Below are positions 1 to 13,351 of a stretch of DNA of 64,000 bases, piece after piece. This DNA comes from Euprymna scolopes. Its lineage: Eukaryota. The stretch lies in assembly GCA_053919585.1 (NCBI GenBank), contig CM132795.1. One strand, written 5' to 3'. The translations under genes were made by a program, and so were the position numbers. Under the pieces are notes generated by a model. It saw nothing but the letters and a program-made list of their open reading frames with translations, was not told the origin of the DNA and made no database searches. How positions within the stretch are numbered: position 1 is the stretch's first letter; each line of letters starts with the position of its first letter.

Positions 1-181
1 TACATATTACTATACATACAGTACTATTTCTTAGTACATATTACTATACATATATTACTATTTCTTAGTACATATTACTATACATATAGTACTATTTCTT
101 AGTACATATTACTATACATATAGTACTATTTCTTAGTACATATTACTATACATATATTACTATTTCTTAGTACATATTACT

Positions 182-218
<37 letters not shown>
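1..218. repeat. Minisatellite, 34-bp unit (tacatattactatacata[t/c]a[g/t]tactatttcttag), 5 full copies plus a partial copy running into (TA)n
   Basis: Units start at 1, 35, 69, 103, 137 and 171; directly visible. Confidence 0.95.
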
Positions 219-221
<3 letters not shown>

Positions 222-2194
222 CTACAGATGTGTGTGTGTTTTTCTAGAAATTTCCAATTTAGAAACGTAAAACCTGCTTATATACCATTAATGACTTTGT
301 CTTCAGATCTCTTCAAGTGAAGCTAAAAGAATTAAGAGAAAAGTAAAGACAAAGGTTCAGTAATTATACTATCCTCATGCGTCTGTCTTGGTGTTAATTC
401 TGTTGTGCTTAGCGTACAGCCATAGTCAGATTCGGTGATGATCTTTTCGAATGTGTAAGTCATCTGCAAATCAGCTGTTCATTTCTCAATTCTCAGTCAA
501 AATATTTCATGTTCTCTATACTATCATTCGCAACAACTTAACATACCAAAAGGCAATTCAATATTTTACACCAGCTCAAAGTAGTCTTGTTTAGAATTAT
601 TATATGATCTCATAAAACTGAATTTGTAAAGGCCTCTTGCTTAATGATCGAACAATCAATCATAGGACTTGGCCAGACAACACTGAAGTATCGTCTCTCT
701 CTTTTCTAAAGTCTTTTGACAGACTTTCATACTTTGCAGTCAATAAATGAAACCGGGAAATGGTAACAGTTCTTCGAAAATGATAAATGAGATAATACAC
801 AATTTACTAGGAATTTAGCCAAAAAGTGTCTGTGAAGCACACATTCCTGTCCTTATTCCACAGTGAAATACAACAAATCAAACATGTTATCGAGGATAAC
901 CCATTAAAAATGCCACCCATGGAATCGTTAATAATATTCATAATCTTTTTATAGAGTTCAACTATATTTAATATAAATGACCTTCAGTCCATGTCTGACT
1001 TGTTCAGTAAGATTTAGTTATGAACGCCTAAAACTTATTGCTTTACTTTCGTTCAATGTTATGCCAGGCACTTTAATAAAGGTCTTATCGGTAATAAGTG
1101 TGGTCCTGAATGGCCTTCGTATTCACCAGATCAGAGTTACCCAGATTTTTATTTGTAGGGATTACCTCAGAGATAATGTCTTCCAAAACAATCCCTATAC
1201 TATTCCTGATGGTCATCACAACCAAAATCAGTGCTGAGAATATGTTTCAGAGTTATCGTATCCAGGTATGTTATCATTGAATGGTGATAAAACAATCTAT
1301 TGGACATGACTGGAACTTGATAGGAAAACTGGGCAGAGGCTCAAGTTTATTTGTACGAACTCTGGTTTACTTGTAGAAAAAATGTGAATTTTATTAACGT
1401 TTCTAATAGTTGGCATTGTTTGGGGGAGGGGGTCAACCTATATAGTTTTTCATTTCTAAATTTCTTTCTTGTTGTTTTGTTGATTCACTTTTAGTATCAG
1501 GTAATATGAAGATGTGAATAAGAAAGCGACCATGAGTTATACTACAACTAGCAAAACCCGTGTCCCACAAATCAATGTCTATAGCATAAGAACATTATTC
1601 TAAAATATATATCCAAGTATGCTTATATGTTTCCGTGTATCTAATTCACTTTAAAACTAACTGATCATTATGAAAATTTGAACACAGATGAAAGGCGCTG
1701 TAATTGGAATGAGGTTTATTTTAATTTAGTTTGATGCAAAGGTGGTGGAAGCCCTACAGAAAAATTCAAATACCTCTGATTTTTTTTTTTTTTTTTTTGA
1801 AATTTTGATAATGGGTATTAAACACCAAATAATATTTCCTAAATTTCTGTTTTGCTTTGCATTTTAAATGCATTTCAAAGGGAATAATATGGGCCTAACC
1901 TAATGTTTTAAAAGTTAAATATTTCAGATTTGCATTGAATTTAATTCATAGAAATTAGACAGCAATTAATCAGGATTCTTTGAATTTCAAATTCTTAAAT
2001 GTATACAATTTTAAGCTTTAAATTTAAGACATTTTTTTATAGTCAAAATTATATAATGGATTTGATCAAAATTGGAATAAGGATTCCAGACATAAAGTTC
2101 AGTATTTCGATTTTAATTTTAGTATGGCCACATATATTGATGCAAAGCTGGTCAGTTTGGGGAATAATTTTTACCCTCCTCGTATCCTACTATA

Positions 2195-3292
2195 TGTGAC
2201 ATTACAAGTAGGCTTATGGCAAGTCAGACCCGGTGTTGTTATAGAGACAACGTGGTGTAACTTTTTATTCATTTTTTAAAGAGTGTGGTCACTTAAAATT
2301 CTGATAACAAGCGAGAGAGTTGCATAATTGCTTTGTCTGTAAAAAGATGACATTTCCGGTGGATATTGTATGGAAAGGCGACTGGCAGCCTAGATTCACA
2401 GGTGAAAGCAACCTTAGTGCCCCACTCCCCCACCCCAGAGTAGATTTTAGAGTGAGAACAAACTGCCTGGGAAATTATTAATATGCGGTGTGATTTAACG
2501 ATGGGGAACTGATTGCATCTAGGGACATGGAGACAGTTGATTGGTTGGGTAATTCACCTAACCACCCACTTTCCAAAGTATAAAAAGGTGTGCAGAGCAA
2601 TTTTAAACTGAATTTTCGCCGTTCTTGTGGAGATTTTGAAAGTGACCTCCTCCACTCAGCCGCGTTGTCTTGAACTGACAACCCAGTAATGCAAAAAAGA
2701 TCCCTCTTTTCTTTCAACAGAACAAAACCGACAAATGCTAGAGTTCAAAATAATGCATGAACAGGGAACTAAAAAAAAAATAAAAAAATAAAATAAAAAA
2801 CACAATCTCAATCCGGGTGAACAAATTTCAGTGTTGAAGGATAGATTTCTCTGCATATTTTTTTTTGTTTTATTTTTCCTGTACAAAGTTTCATTTATCA
2901 TTTTATTTGCTGAATATATTCTCGTAGATCGAACTCGGATCTCATTGCTTTTATTTTGCCGAATTGGAATGGAATTGACATTTATTTCAGCAAAAGCCTT
3001 CTTTCATCAGAGCACAGCATATGAGGATTTGAGAAGATGTTTTCTAACATATGACCGAAGCTGGAACCACATTCAAACTTAGCCAGAGGTGAAATCTGAA
3101 CCCAATAAGCCTTTTTGCTTCCATTTCTAGCCTATTTGAAACTTGCAAACTCGAAAGGGAGACTTTTCAGATCTTTTGTGAACTATTTGATCCTGGAGAC
3201 TTGACAACCGCCATAGTCATACGAACTCTATAACTGTCGCATCTGACCTCTGACATAGTCTATCAATGGAGCCACAATGTGGATGGGTTATA
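2195..3292 (+). mobile_element. Possible solo LTR
   Basis: Starts TGTGAC and ends GTTATA (near-inverted LTR-like termini), has an internal TATAAAAAGG at ~2579, TA-rich flanks and no ORF; no second copy in the window. Confidence 0.25.
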
Positions 3293-3761
3293 ATATATAT
3301 ATATATATATATGGAAGTTTTTCACCTTGTAAAACTATATTAAAAAAAAAAGTTAATCCCAAGTTGTTCATAGGAAAACTATTTTACTTGTAAATTAATC
3401 TATCTCTTGCTATCACTGTATTAGTTTGCTTTCAAGAATTTATGCTATCCCTAATATTATTTCGAGATAATCAGTTGTTTACCATTAAAAATATTTCGGG
3501 ATCTTAAAACAAAGCGGTATTTTATATCATGGTTTCCCAGCAATGTTAATTAAAGGCCACCTCCCTTAAATAACAAAAACGTTGCAGTTATCAAATATAG
3601 TTTTGTTGTTTCAGATTAATTTTGCAAACCTATCCATGTTAGTAAAAACAAGTCATTCATCTTTGAATCTTAAGAAATGTTTTATTTACAAAACTAAATC
3701 CATTATACTATTTATCACTATTATTATTCTATTTCTCTTGTGCGAGTATATATATATATAT

Positions 3762-4299
3762 TGTGTCAGGTCATATGCTGCTGGTACCATGTAACCCAGT
3801 ACTACCTGCCTCATGGTCGGGTCACCGGCGACTAAACTGGTTCCCCCACCAGACTTGTTTGGTGAGGAAGGCGGCTAGTCTCCCTGAAGGATTAAAAACA
3901 AGACCTTTCAAAGGGCGAATGGGCCCTTTTTCTGAGTCAATGGCCAACTAGCACCGTGTATATTTCAGTGTATGTATATATGTGTTGGGGTGGAGAGGGC
4001 TCCCGTATGCCATGGTGAAGGCAACCTTTCTAGGAGAAGCAAATCTCTGATTTAAAAAAAACATAAAGCGAGAGACCAGTACCCGCATTAAGCTGGTCTG
4101 CAGTTTAATTTGTTGCTGGTTATCTTGGTCTTGCTTGTTGCTGGATCTCAACATTTTGAACCGAGAGAGAGATTTAGCTGTCGTACAAAGCTAAGACTCT
4201 GTAACATCATTTTTGTATAGATACTCCCTTAGGCATTTGGGCTCATGGACTTTAAGTGTCCGAGGGAGTGGCACTCGTCTGGCAAGACGTTGCAATCAT

Positions 4300-4300
<1 letters not shown>
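3762..4300 (+). mobile_element. GC-richer non-coding interspersed element between two (TA)n tracts, containing an RTE-5'UTR-like motif
   Basis: Abrupt composition change. GGCAACCTTTCTAGGAGAAGCAAATCTCTGA (~4020-4050) resembles, from memory, a conserved motif of RTE-clade LINE 5' UTRs. Confidence 0.4.
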
Positions 4301-4358
<58 letters not shown>

Positions 4359-4901
4359 CACCACCATTGAGAGAGTAGGCCAGTGAACATGACAGCGTAA
4401 CGTCACTTCCTGATCAACTTGTAGGTATAGATAGTTTCCGTTATTCAACCACGTGATCACGCTAACAGCCATAAAAATATGGCTGTGTTAACGATTGTCC
4501 ATGTATGTTTTAAAGAGAAAAAACAATTCTCAATTTGGATAATAATTATTATAATTGCACATTGGGATAATTTTAATCTAACAAAATATAGTAAGTGAAC
4601 TCGTTTTTGAACTTTAATTTTATTTTTTTTTACTTTTATTTTATTTTTTTTACTGCAAAACAAACAATTTTTATATAATGTTTTTCAGACCGTTCTTTTA
4701 ATAATAAATAAAACTTTTCACTGAGTATTTCCAAATATTTTAAAGTTAGCATTTTTCACGGCAGTTTTTTTTTTTTTTTTTTTAACGATCGGTGAATTTT
4801 CAATATTTTAGCATTGGGCATAATTTATTTCTTTGAAATATATTTAAAATTTCAAGTTTTTGTTTTTTATAACATTTTAACTGTAAATAATTTACATGAT
4901 G

Positions 4902-5477
4902 GGTTTGTTTTACTATACACATAGATTCGAAAAAGTTGTCAAAAAGCAAATATATGACAAATAAATGTTATCAAAGGCAAGACAAGTTACTTTTCTACCA
5001 AACTGGATAAATCTTTAGTGTTTTTATTTAATGTAAAGTGTTTATTCAGCTCGAAAAACATTGTGTTTACCGATGTATTTGAAAAATGCAAATGGCAGCA
5101 TGCTTGTTTGGGAAAACCAGTTTAAACAAAACAAATATACAAAATACTGTTAGAAACTCGCTCAATATATGTTACCGTGACATAGGTGGACATGTATTCA
5201 GTGAGTTTCTAAAAGTATTTTGTATAATTTGTTTGTTTTAACTCATTTTCCCAAACTTACCGAGTTCAATAGCGAGCATGCCAACATTTTTCTTTTTAAA
5301 ATATATCGGTAAACATTGCATGATTTTTGAAGCGATTACACATTTTAAAGTGAGAAAACCACTAAAAACTTTTCCAGATAGGTAGAAGAGTAACTTATTT
5401 TGCCTTTGATAACATTTATTTGTTATATATTTGTTTTTGACAACTTTTTAGAATCTATGCGTACAGTGTTACAAACC
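4902..5477. mobile_element. Foldback/MITE, ~575-bp imperfect palindrome
   Basis: Left arm (tactatacacatagattcgaaaaagttgtcaaaaagcaaatatatgacaaataaatgttatcaaaggcaa...) is the reverse complement of the right arm (...ttgcctttgataacatttatttgttatatatttgtttttgacaactttttagaatctatgcgtacagtg); centre ~5180. Confidence 0.85.
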
Positions 5478-7166
5478 TAAAATTTAATTTAACTTGAAAA
5501 TACTATTTAAAATACATGTGCATACACTGCACATGCATAATAGTAATAATAATAAAAAAACTAGTTGTGAAGGGGCAGAGAGGATGGAAAGACTGAGATG
5601 GGAGAGTACTAAGCATATCTCCACTGGAAGTGTGCAGTTAAAATCTGGTACCTTGGGGAGGCATTTTGTCACCCGAACCCCAGGAAACACCAATGGCCGA
5701 TGCCAATGAGAAATCGGTGAAACAGCTGTTGCGACAACATGCAATCATCTGTACAAGTGGTCAAGAGGTGGAGAACACTGGAAATCTGGGAAGACTTGTT
5801 GTCACTTGGTCTCCAGAGAACACCACAGGTTACTGCCAGTGAGAGATCACTGATGATGGCTTGTGAGACAACTAATACGCTACACATTTTGATGAAAAAC
5901 ATGGAAAAAAAATAGACATAGAAGAACAGAAAACCAAAACTTTAAATATAATTTCTGTATTTAAAGTAGTTATTTAAATATTTCAACATAATCTTGTGGG
6001 CAAAATCCAACTTCACAATAAGGGGCACTCTGGATAGGAGCAAAAATAATCTCAATCATCAAAGATTTCTCCTCCACCGCCCGAGGACAGAAAAGGTAAA
6101 GTGTAGCATAAAAATAGATACTACACTGTGATCTTGTTCCGAAGGCCAAAAAATGTGTTTAATGTTTTTTTAATTGTTTGTTTCCTAAATTCATAATTCA
6201 GTTTTATCAGTATTAACTTGTATATTGCTTTAAAATTACTTAATTTTACATAGATAATATTTATATTTTATATTAAATAAAGTTCAGTTTAAGTATTAAT
6301 CGAACTGTGTTCCTTTTTCTTTTTAAAATGTTTTATTGCTCTTTTTCAAATGGTCCTCATATAGTACTGACAGTCTGACAAATCTTACCTACATTGCCTG
6401 CAGACATTTTTCAGTTAACAGGCCTTCTTCTTACTCTCGGTGGCCGTGGAGAGAGAAAGAGATAAGAGAATCTGCTAAATATACTATTTCTCTAAATAGA
6501 TGTATGATAGACAAGTATAATATCTACAAATTTATTTCTAATCTATGAGAAACATAAAAAATAATTACCCAAATCATTATGATTGAAAAAGAAAAATCAA
6601 AAATAACATTTGTAATGATTTTCCTTTCGGCTGCTAAAGTTTTAGTTTCATTCTTTCCCCCCATTCATAATCTATCATTTCCAGTGTTTTTGAGTCTTTT
6701 CCAAAGCAGTTCTGATATCAGAAACATGGCATCATGAGTCTTAATCAATGAAGATAAGATCATCTGCAATCTCCTCGGCTGTTCTGCAGATGAAGACAAC
6801 TGGAGACAGTTGGCTCAAAAACTAAAAGATTTTTCTACCTAATCTTGGCATTCTAATATTAGCTTCTATTATTTATGTTCAAGTTAAATATGACAAGTAT
6901 GAGAAAGGAATAGTGAGAAAACTTTCAACATGATAATGATGGTTTGGGAATTATTTCTTTAAATTGATATTCTTTTAGCCTCATACTCACCAAAGTGTAT
7001 TTTAAACACTGACACATATATAGTAAGATGAGGTTGCAGAACACCCACATACATTTCTTCATAGCTTGGGATTTCAACTGGAATCACTTTTATACGATTG
7101 TACAGTTTTTTGTGTTTTTTTTAATATATAATGCCAGACAAGTACTCATATTTTAAATACACACAC

Positions 7167-7397
7167 ACTAGCAGGCCACCCAGCATAACCCAGTCACAGG
7201 ATACGCTTAAATATATTTTAATTTATGCAGATTACGTATTATTATAGAAACAATTCTCTATCGATTATTATATTGAACCTAATATATAGTAGTGAGATCA
7301 AAACTAAAAAATATAAGACTTGGGTGCCATCAGCTAGAATCGAAACCAAAATACAGCTCTCTACCCTCATTCCTTAATCTCTGAACCACACCCATAC

Positions 7398-7400
<3 letters not shown>
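7167..7400 (+). mobile_element. Helitron-like non-autonomous repeat, terminal fragment
   Basis: Starts ACTAGCAGGCCACCCAGCATAACCCAG...ATACGCTTAAAT; the same terminus recurs at 15047 (+) and at 8450, 16336, 18888 and 31465 (-). Confidence 0.55.
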
Positions 7401-7430
<30 letters not shown>

Positions 7431-7699
7431 CACACACACAATTCACCTTTCATCCCTTTTTAAAAAATGGAATTGCCTGACCGTGGAAGACAAGATTCGA
7501 GCAAGACCGCACGTTCCAGTTTTTTAATTATCTATACATACATATGTGTATGTCAAATAGAGGAAGCAAAGAAGACAACGTATGAGGGTGTTTCCAGAAA
7601 TAACTTAGTTCTATGTATTTATACTCCTATAATTTTTTGTGTGTGTGTGTATTGATATTCATATTAAAAACCTTTTCTCTATTTATCTATGAACAGAAA

Positions 7700-8104
7700 A
7701 TACAACTTTGTTATATATGCGCCGGTGAATTACAAAAGATCTAGCTAATTTGCATATTCTTTTAAACATTCTTTTTAATTAATTCCTTGCTAGTTTCTCG
7801 GTTTTCATATAGGATGATCATCTTTAGTAAACTATTACGTGTAATTATATTTATGCAGATATTCTTCATGATTTATACTTGCGTAGTATTTGCATAAAAA
7901 GGTTATAGTAAATACAAACCTCATTTTATGTATATACTTATGTATGCGTATATATACTTGTTTTAAAAAAAATGCCTACCAAACTCCTCTGTCAGTTTTT
8001 GGGCTACAGACATGAAAATTAACATATAAGGTATTCTAACTTAAGCGAAAATTTATATTTGGGGTTTAGCCGGGGAATATCAGTGCAAAAGTGTGAAAAT
8101 TAAG

Positions 8105-8135
<31 letters not shown>

Positions 8136-8452
8136 AATTTGCGAGGTGAAGGTTGAATGACAGTATTACGAATATGCATGCGTAACGTAATAACTATTGG
8201 TCCATGTTTTAATTTTTAGCCTTGAAGCAAACATGTCTTTATAGCTCAGGCATTAACGTGAAAAGAAAAAGTAAATTGTAAGCTAAACGTTTTGGTTTCG
8301 ATTCTTGGTGGTGGTGCACGATTCTTTTTTTAAAAACTTTTTAAATTATTACTTTACATTGGGTCCAATATAATAAATGCGAAATCTACATTAATCAAAA
8401 TGTCACATTTAAGTGTATTTTAAGACCGGGAAATGCTGGGCGGCTTGCTTGC
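7700..8452 (-). mobile_element. Helitron-like non-autonomous repeat (~750 bp)
   Basis: Colinear homology with 30815-31465 over its length (agatctagctaatttgca...gcctaccaaactcct...tagctcaggcattaa...). Confidence 0.65.
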
Positions 8453-9069
8453 TTGTGTGCGTGTGTGTAGAGAGGTTAACTTCCTTCTAATATATATTAG
8501 CAGAAGGTTATCACTCAAAACAATCCACATACATTGTTTTCCTAGCTTTCAATTTCAGCTGGAATCACTTTTATACAATTGTCTTGTCTTTTCCAGAAAC
8601 ATTGTCATTAAAATTTTTTTATCAATAACTCGCAAAACGTAGTGCAAACACTGATATATTTTATTTACTGACAAGTCACCGCTCCTCAAGGTTCAAAAGC
8701 CATTCGAGAACAAGGATGAATGATTTGTGTTAAGTGAACGATGAGACAAACACCTTGAAACTTGCAGACGATGGTTGAATCTAGGAAATTTAATTAGCTA
8801 AGAAGACAACTCAACAAGAATTTGTGAACATTTGACTTGGAAGCAACCCTGTAGTATTGCATTCCAAAAACGAGTAGTTCTTAGAAATATCTCTGCTTAT
8901 GAAAGTTTCGTTTAGCTCCAAGTACATAGTGAAAGGAAAGAACTTTTTTTATAATGACTATAGCTAAGCGAGTTTTTACTCAATGAAAGAATCAGAAAGT
9001 TGAAACAGAGAAGAGAAAATATAACGTCTCCTTTGCAAGTGACTGTAGAGAAGAAAAAAAGAGACATAC

Positions 9070-9097
9070 CTCACTAGATTTCAAAACTGATTTTGTA
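9070..9097 (-). CDS. CFAP65: Candidate 28-nt micro-exon of the CFAP65-like gene, (N)TKSVLKSSE
   Basis: Acceptor tttgatacAG and donor GTATGT. Starts in phase 2, matching the phase-2 end of exon 11159-11451; frame is open and ends in phase 0. Confidence 0.6.
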
Positions 9098-9157
9098 CTG
9101 TATCAAAGCATGAAATAGTACTATGTGTGGCACCTCCACAGATTAAAAAAAAAAAAA

Positions 9158-10135
9158 ATTTTTATTCAATTTTCACCCCAAGCAGGACACAGTGCCACTT
9201 TGAAGTAGGGGGCTATTATCAGGGACATAAGTTGCAGGGGTATTATGAAGGGAGATGAGTAGCAAGATGTCTGTTCACATTACACTTGAACTTCTGCATG
9301 TTAGTACAGTTGGGAAAGCAGAATCCCGGAAAGGAGTTCCAAAGTCTAGCAGTTCTGGGGAAGAAACTATTGGAGTAGAAGGCCTAGAGATCTCTACTGT
9401 GAAGGGGTGGGATTTAGCTGCTTGTTGGGTTTGTCGGGGGTATTTACGTCGAGGAGGTACAAGTGCTTGCAGTTCGTCAGAGCATTCACCATTAAACTTG
9501 TAGAACAGGTAGAAGGATGCAACTTTTCGTCAATGGGACAGAGATGACAGTTCAGGACCTATCAGGTTGGCGACTCTCTTCTGAACCCTGTCCAGGAGTG
9601 AGACACAAGCAGCAGATGCACCAGCCCAAATGTGACAACAATACTTCATACATGGGCGAATGGTGGCCTTATAGAGGTACAAGATACTTTCAGACATAAG
9701 TAGTTTTCTAGCACAGTAGAGAGAGCCCACATTCCTCGCAGCAGCCTTGGCAATGCTCTCAATGTATCTATTCCAGTTCATGTTCCCTGTAAACGTTAGG
9801 CTGAGGAGTTTAAAGGAAATACTTTCAGGTAATGTGTTCTTAGCCATTGCTATTTGTGGTAGAGAAGGTTTCTTGTAATTATTGAAGCAGATTGTAGATT
9901 TCCCAAAAATCACAGATTCCTAATTTCTGTTCTTCGATGCGTTTTCTGATGGTTTCAGTGTATTCAGTCTTAGCTGTCGCTATTTCTCTTTTACAGTTAC
10001 TTCTAGCTTCTATATACTTCTGTCCGTTTGAACTGGACATATGTCGGTTGAATCTGCTGTACACATGCTGCCTTTGAGCAATGGCAGCTGCACAAGTAGA
10101 AGTAAACCATTGGAGAGAGTGGGGCTTGCTATAGA
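9158..10135 (-). mobile_element. CR1/Zenon-type LINE remnant (ORF2 3' part, internally deleted)
   Basis: ORF 9530-9913 reads LYLYKATIRPCMKYCCHIWAGA...LLDRVQKR, typical of the C-terminus of CR1-group RT; upstream ORF2 fragment at 9880-10130. Confidence 0.85.
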
Positions 10136-10139
10136 ATAT

Positions 10140-10510
10140 GACAACAGTACTCCATCTTAGGACATATATGGCTCTTAGGCATGCGGGAGATAGTATCAGA
10201 AATAAGATATGTTGCTAGACTAACTCTGTACTATCGTTATTTTCAGAGCAGATCCTCGACTGAGTTTCAGTCCATGCCCATCCCTGAAAAATCTTCAAAA
10301 CAAAACAAAAAAACTCTTCTTTCTACAACCACTGTCAATAGTTCTCTTTTCTCCTTCTCTCTACTTAAAACTTAACAAAACTTCGATGAACAATGTTTCT
10401 TTTCCATAACTGCCCATCTGTGGAATACAATACTGTAAGGCTGCTTTCCAGTCGACTACAACATGGTCGTTTTCAAGCCTAATGGAAAATAAATACTTGT
10501 TCAGTCACCT
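10140..10510 (+). mobile_element. Decayed CR1/Zenon-type LINE 3' fragment
   Basis: RYVARLTLYYRYF...SSTE and a FFP..A.LWN-like remnant; related to 54370-54910. Confidence 0.55.
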
Positions 10511-10574
10511 TAAATAATCATATTCTTTTCAATCACTATCATCATTTCCAACCATCACGATGTATTACATTTTT

Positions 10575-11016
10575 AAATTTTTGAGATGAGGGTTGGTTAT
10601 TTATATTATTTGGATTCTTCGAACTAATGTTCTCATCTTGAGTGTCATTTTCACAACGTTTCTGTCGTTGTAATCTCCGATTTTTTTCAGGTGTATTTTA
10701 CCAAACTCAGAAATCTTTCTATCAAACTCGATATCTGCATGGAATTTCGAACGAAACCCTTCATTTAATTCACGGGTGTGGTATATTCTCATCCCATCAG
10801 CCATGTAGTTGTATTTTCGGTCGCCCAGATTGAGGATTGAACTTTCAAAAGAATGTCTCTTTTACAACTGAATTTTTCGGAGTACTCTAATTACTGGACC
10901 ACGGAAATTCTCTGCAGATTCCCGAGTTTAACAAGATACATCTAAAGAAGGTCGACCAAAACGTTATGAAAATATCACTCAATATCAGAACAGTAGTCCA
11001 AAGAATTCAAATAATA
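10575..11016 (-). mobile_element. Family-2 tRNA-headed SINE-like element (full minus copy 10575-10904) plus an inverted duplicate of its 3' part (10905-11016)
   Basis: The tail acactcaagatgagaaca.tagt.c.aagaatccaaataata is present at both ends in inverted orientation; homologous to six other loci. Confidence 0.8.
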
Positions 11017-11158
11017 CACATTACGATGTAGTCACATTTTTATCCTCGGGTGGCTTTTGGACTTTGATAAGTGGTGGCATCTTAGTAAAAACAAGAACAT
11101 CTAAAATCAAATCAACACACAGTAAACCCTTGTAAAATGTACAATGAATCCTACTCAC

Positions 11159-11451
11159 TTATCAAGAAAAAAATATCTGTATTCTTCTGGATTATTTACT
11201 TCGAATTCTTCGACATCATAAGTCCGAGCTGTGATTCCCAAATGCAAAATGGAACTTTCTGGTGGTTGTGGTTTTTTCCAGTATTTCTTCTTTTGGAATT
11301 TTTTTGTATGCCTAAAAGTCTCCATTTGCTTGTCCATGGGGACTCGCCTGATGGGAGGTAATGTCCTGTAGGCAACCATCTGTTCTTCTTTAAAAGAACT
11401 TTCATCACTGAGAGAAATAAAAGGACATATTCTTCCTGGGGATACGAGCAA
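11159..11451 (-). CDS. CFAP65: CFAP65/CCDC108-like exon, 293 nt (LLVSPGR...YRTLPPI...WKKPQPPESSILHLGITARTY...YRYFFLD)
   Basis: Acceptor tattttcAG, donor GTGAGT, phase 0 to 2. YRTLPPI and WxxPQPP..ILHLGITAR match my recollection of vertebrate CFAP65 (YKTLPPI, WPCPQPP..MLCLGLTAR). Confidence 0.85.
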
Positions 11452-11814
11452 CTGAAAATAGAAAAGATTGAATATTTTGACTATATAAATATTCATAAGA
11501 ACAAGTTAAAAAAATACATTTGAAACAGATTTCATGGCAATTAGAATTCGTTTGCCTTTATATTTCCAGACATTTTTCTACAAGAATGATTTCTATTCAT
11601 TTTTTTGGCACTTATGCATATGTCTTGAAGCAAAAAAATTAACAATAACAACACAAGTGATGCTTTAAAGATTTCTTTTGAAAGCAATGCTCTCAATAGT
11701 TTCATTTTAAACTACAAGTAGCAAAGATCCCAGCGTCGTCCAGGAGAGATTATTTAAAATTTAAAAGCAAAAGAAAATGTTTTACATTCTTTGATTCAAC
11801 ATTTCCTTGCAGAA

Positions 11815-12127
11815 ACTGTGGTATAGTGGAATAAGTATTTGGTAAAATTCAGTTGTAAGTCACACTCTTCTGGAGGTTGAAGGTTCAATACCCAGTGTGG
11901 GCTACACTCAAAATACAATTGTGAATTACATAGGACTTTTACCAATTCATAACTGATGGAACGACAGCATGCTGATCCTGTGGATTACATAAAGTGTTCT
12001 GTTTGAAATTCCCTGAAAATTCTGGAGTTTGACAAAGATACACCTAAAAGTCAGAAGTTACACTGGCCGAAACGCTGAGCAAATAACACTCAAAATGAGA
12101 ACAATAGTTTGAATAATCCAAATAATG
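11815..12127 (+). mobile_element. Family-2 tRNA-headed SINE-like element
   Basis: A-box-like TGGTATAGTGG (~11818), B-box-like GGTTCAATACC (~11882), decayed HHR-like tail ~12040-12078. Confidence 0.8.
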
Positions 12128-12345
12128 ATTTTTTTAGCTTTCATTTTCTACCACAGGTGACTTTTATGAAATTTTTCTATTTTTTTAACTTACACACACA
12201 CAAATATATATAATTTCATGTATGTACCTAATATATTATATTTACTTATAATATTATGTGTTTATTTTCAGTATTTACTCCAACAGTGCTTCATATGCAA
12301 GTAGAGCTAGCTAATAAGTTATGAAAATATATTTATTGAAACTAA

Positions 12346-12541
12346 GCTACACAAAAGCGTCCACGTTTCGTCCCTATAGGGAATCGGCAGGCTAAAATGC
12401 ATGGAATTCGTGCTGCTGAATCTTTTTAATCATAGTTAGTCTAAACACTCCATGGATATATCAAAATAGTCAGTAACATGAATTCGATGCATTTTAGCGG
12501 CCAATTTTCTACAGGGATGAAACCAGATGCCTCTGTGTAGC
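12346..12541. mobile_element. Small MITE/hairpin with ~75-bp imperfect inverted arms
   Basis: gctacacaaaagcgtcc..gtttcgtccctatag..gctaaaatgcatggaattc versus gaattcgatgcattttagc..ctacagggatgaaacc.gatgcctctgtgtagc. Confidence 0.7.
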
Positions 12542-13351
12542 GTAATTGCCACATATAGTTTTTATTACTTACTATACGTATATATTTCTTTATATATATG
12601 CGCGTTTAAGACAAATTGATAATGTTTGATATTCTTTCATGCTAGAATCAATTGAAGTATTTACTAGCGGTAAAGTGCAACGGCTAGCTCTTTCTGTGTA
12701 CTATTGAAGTAGAGACAGCTGGAAACCATGAATGACTGGAAAGCCCTGAGATATTAGAATGAGTGACTTGTGTCATAAGGATTTATAAAAACTTAGACAT
12801 TTTAGCTGCAGCTCAGAACTCCTTGAAGCCCATGAAACATGAGCGGTAGAATTAGAACAACATATAGAAGCAGTAGCCATCAAGAAATGTAACTCATCAT
12901 CAAAGTTCAATAGAACTGCTTTATATGAAAGCTAAGAAGTTCTACAGCAAACCCACTTGAGCTGGAAATGCTTTGGGTTTTCTTAGGACTAGTCACAAAA
13001 TGCACAGAACAGATGGCTAGCTTGCAGTTTGTGCAAACTTTAACAGATAATAAAGACTGTTTGCTTAAACATTGTGGTTTTTAAGTGTTTCCAGTAATGA
13101 CCATGTCATAACTTAGACTTAATTTAAATGCCTATATTAAGTTGCTGTTCACTGTTGTTAAGCATTAATTGGAGAGGGTGGTTCTGAGAAAGCCATATGG
13201 GTATAACAGTTTCATGCGCACCCCTGGAGAAACGACTTCACTAATCTCAATTTATGAATCCTAAACTCATTTGATTGCAGTGCAATGGACTATTATGCGT
13301 AGAGCGCATTTGATACCAAACATACTGCCCACAACACCAACAATAGGAGGT

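Noticed and set aside
1-186. CRISPR-like array
   Set aside because: Direct tandem 34-bp units without unique spacers, in eukaryotic DNA; it is a minisatellite
400-1300. LINE RT remnants (FADD-like on minus; KSFDRLS and YERLK-like on plus)
   Set aside because: The motifs are short, on conflicting strands and too decayed to call
6389-6471. Possible downstream exon (cag...GTAAG on the minus strand)
   Set aside because: The phase-0 reading hits a stop and shows no similarity to the expected CFAP65 continuation
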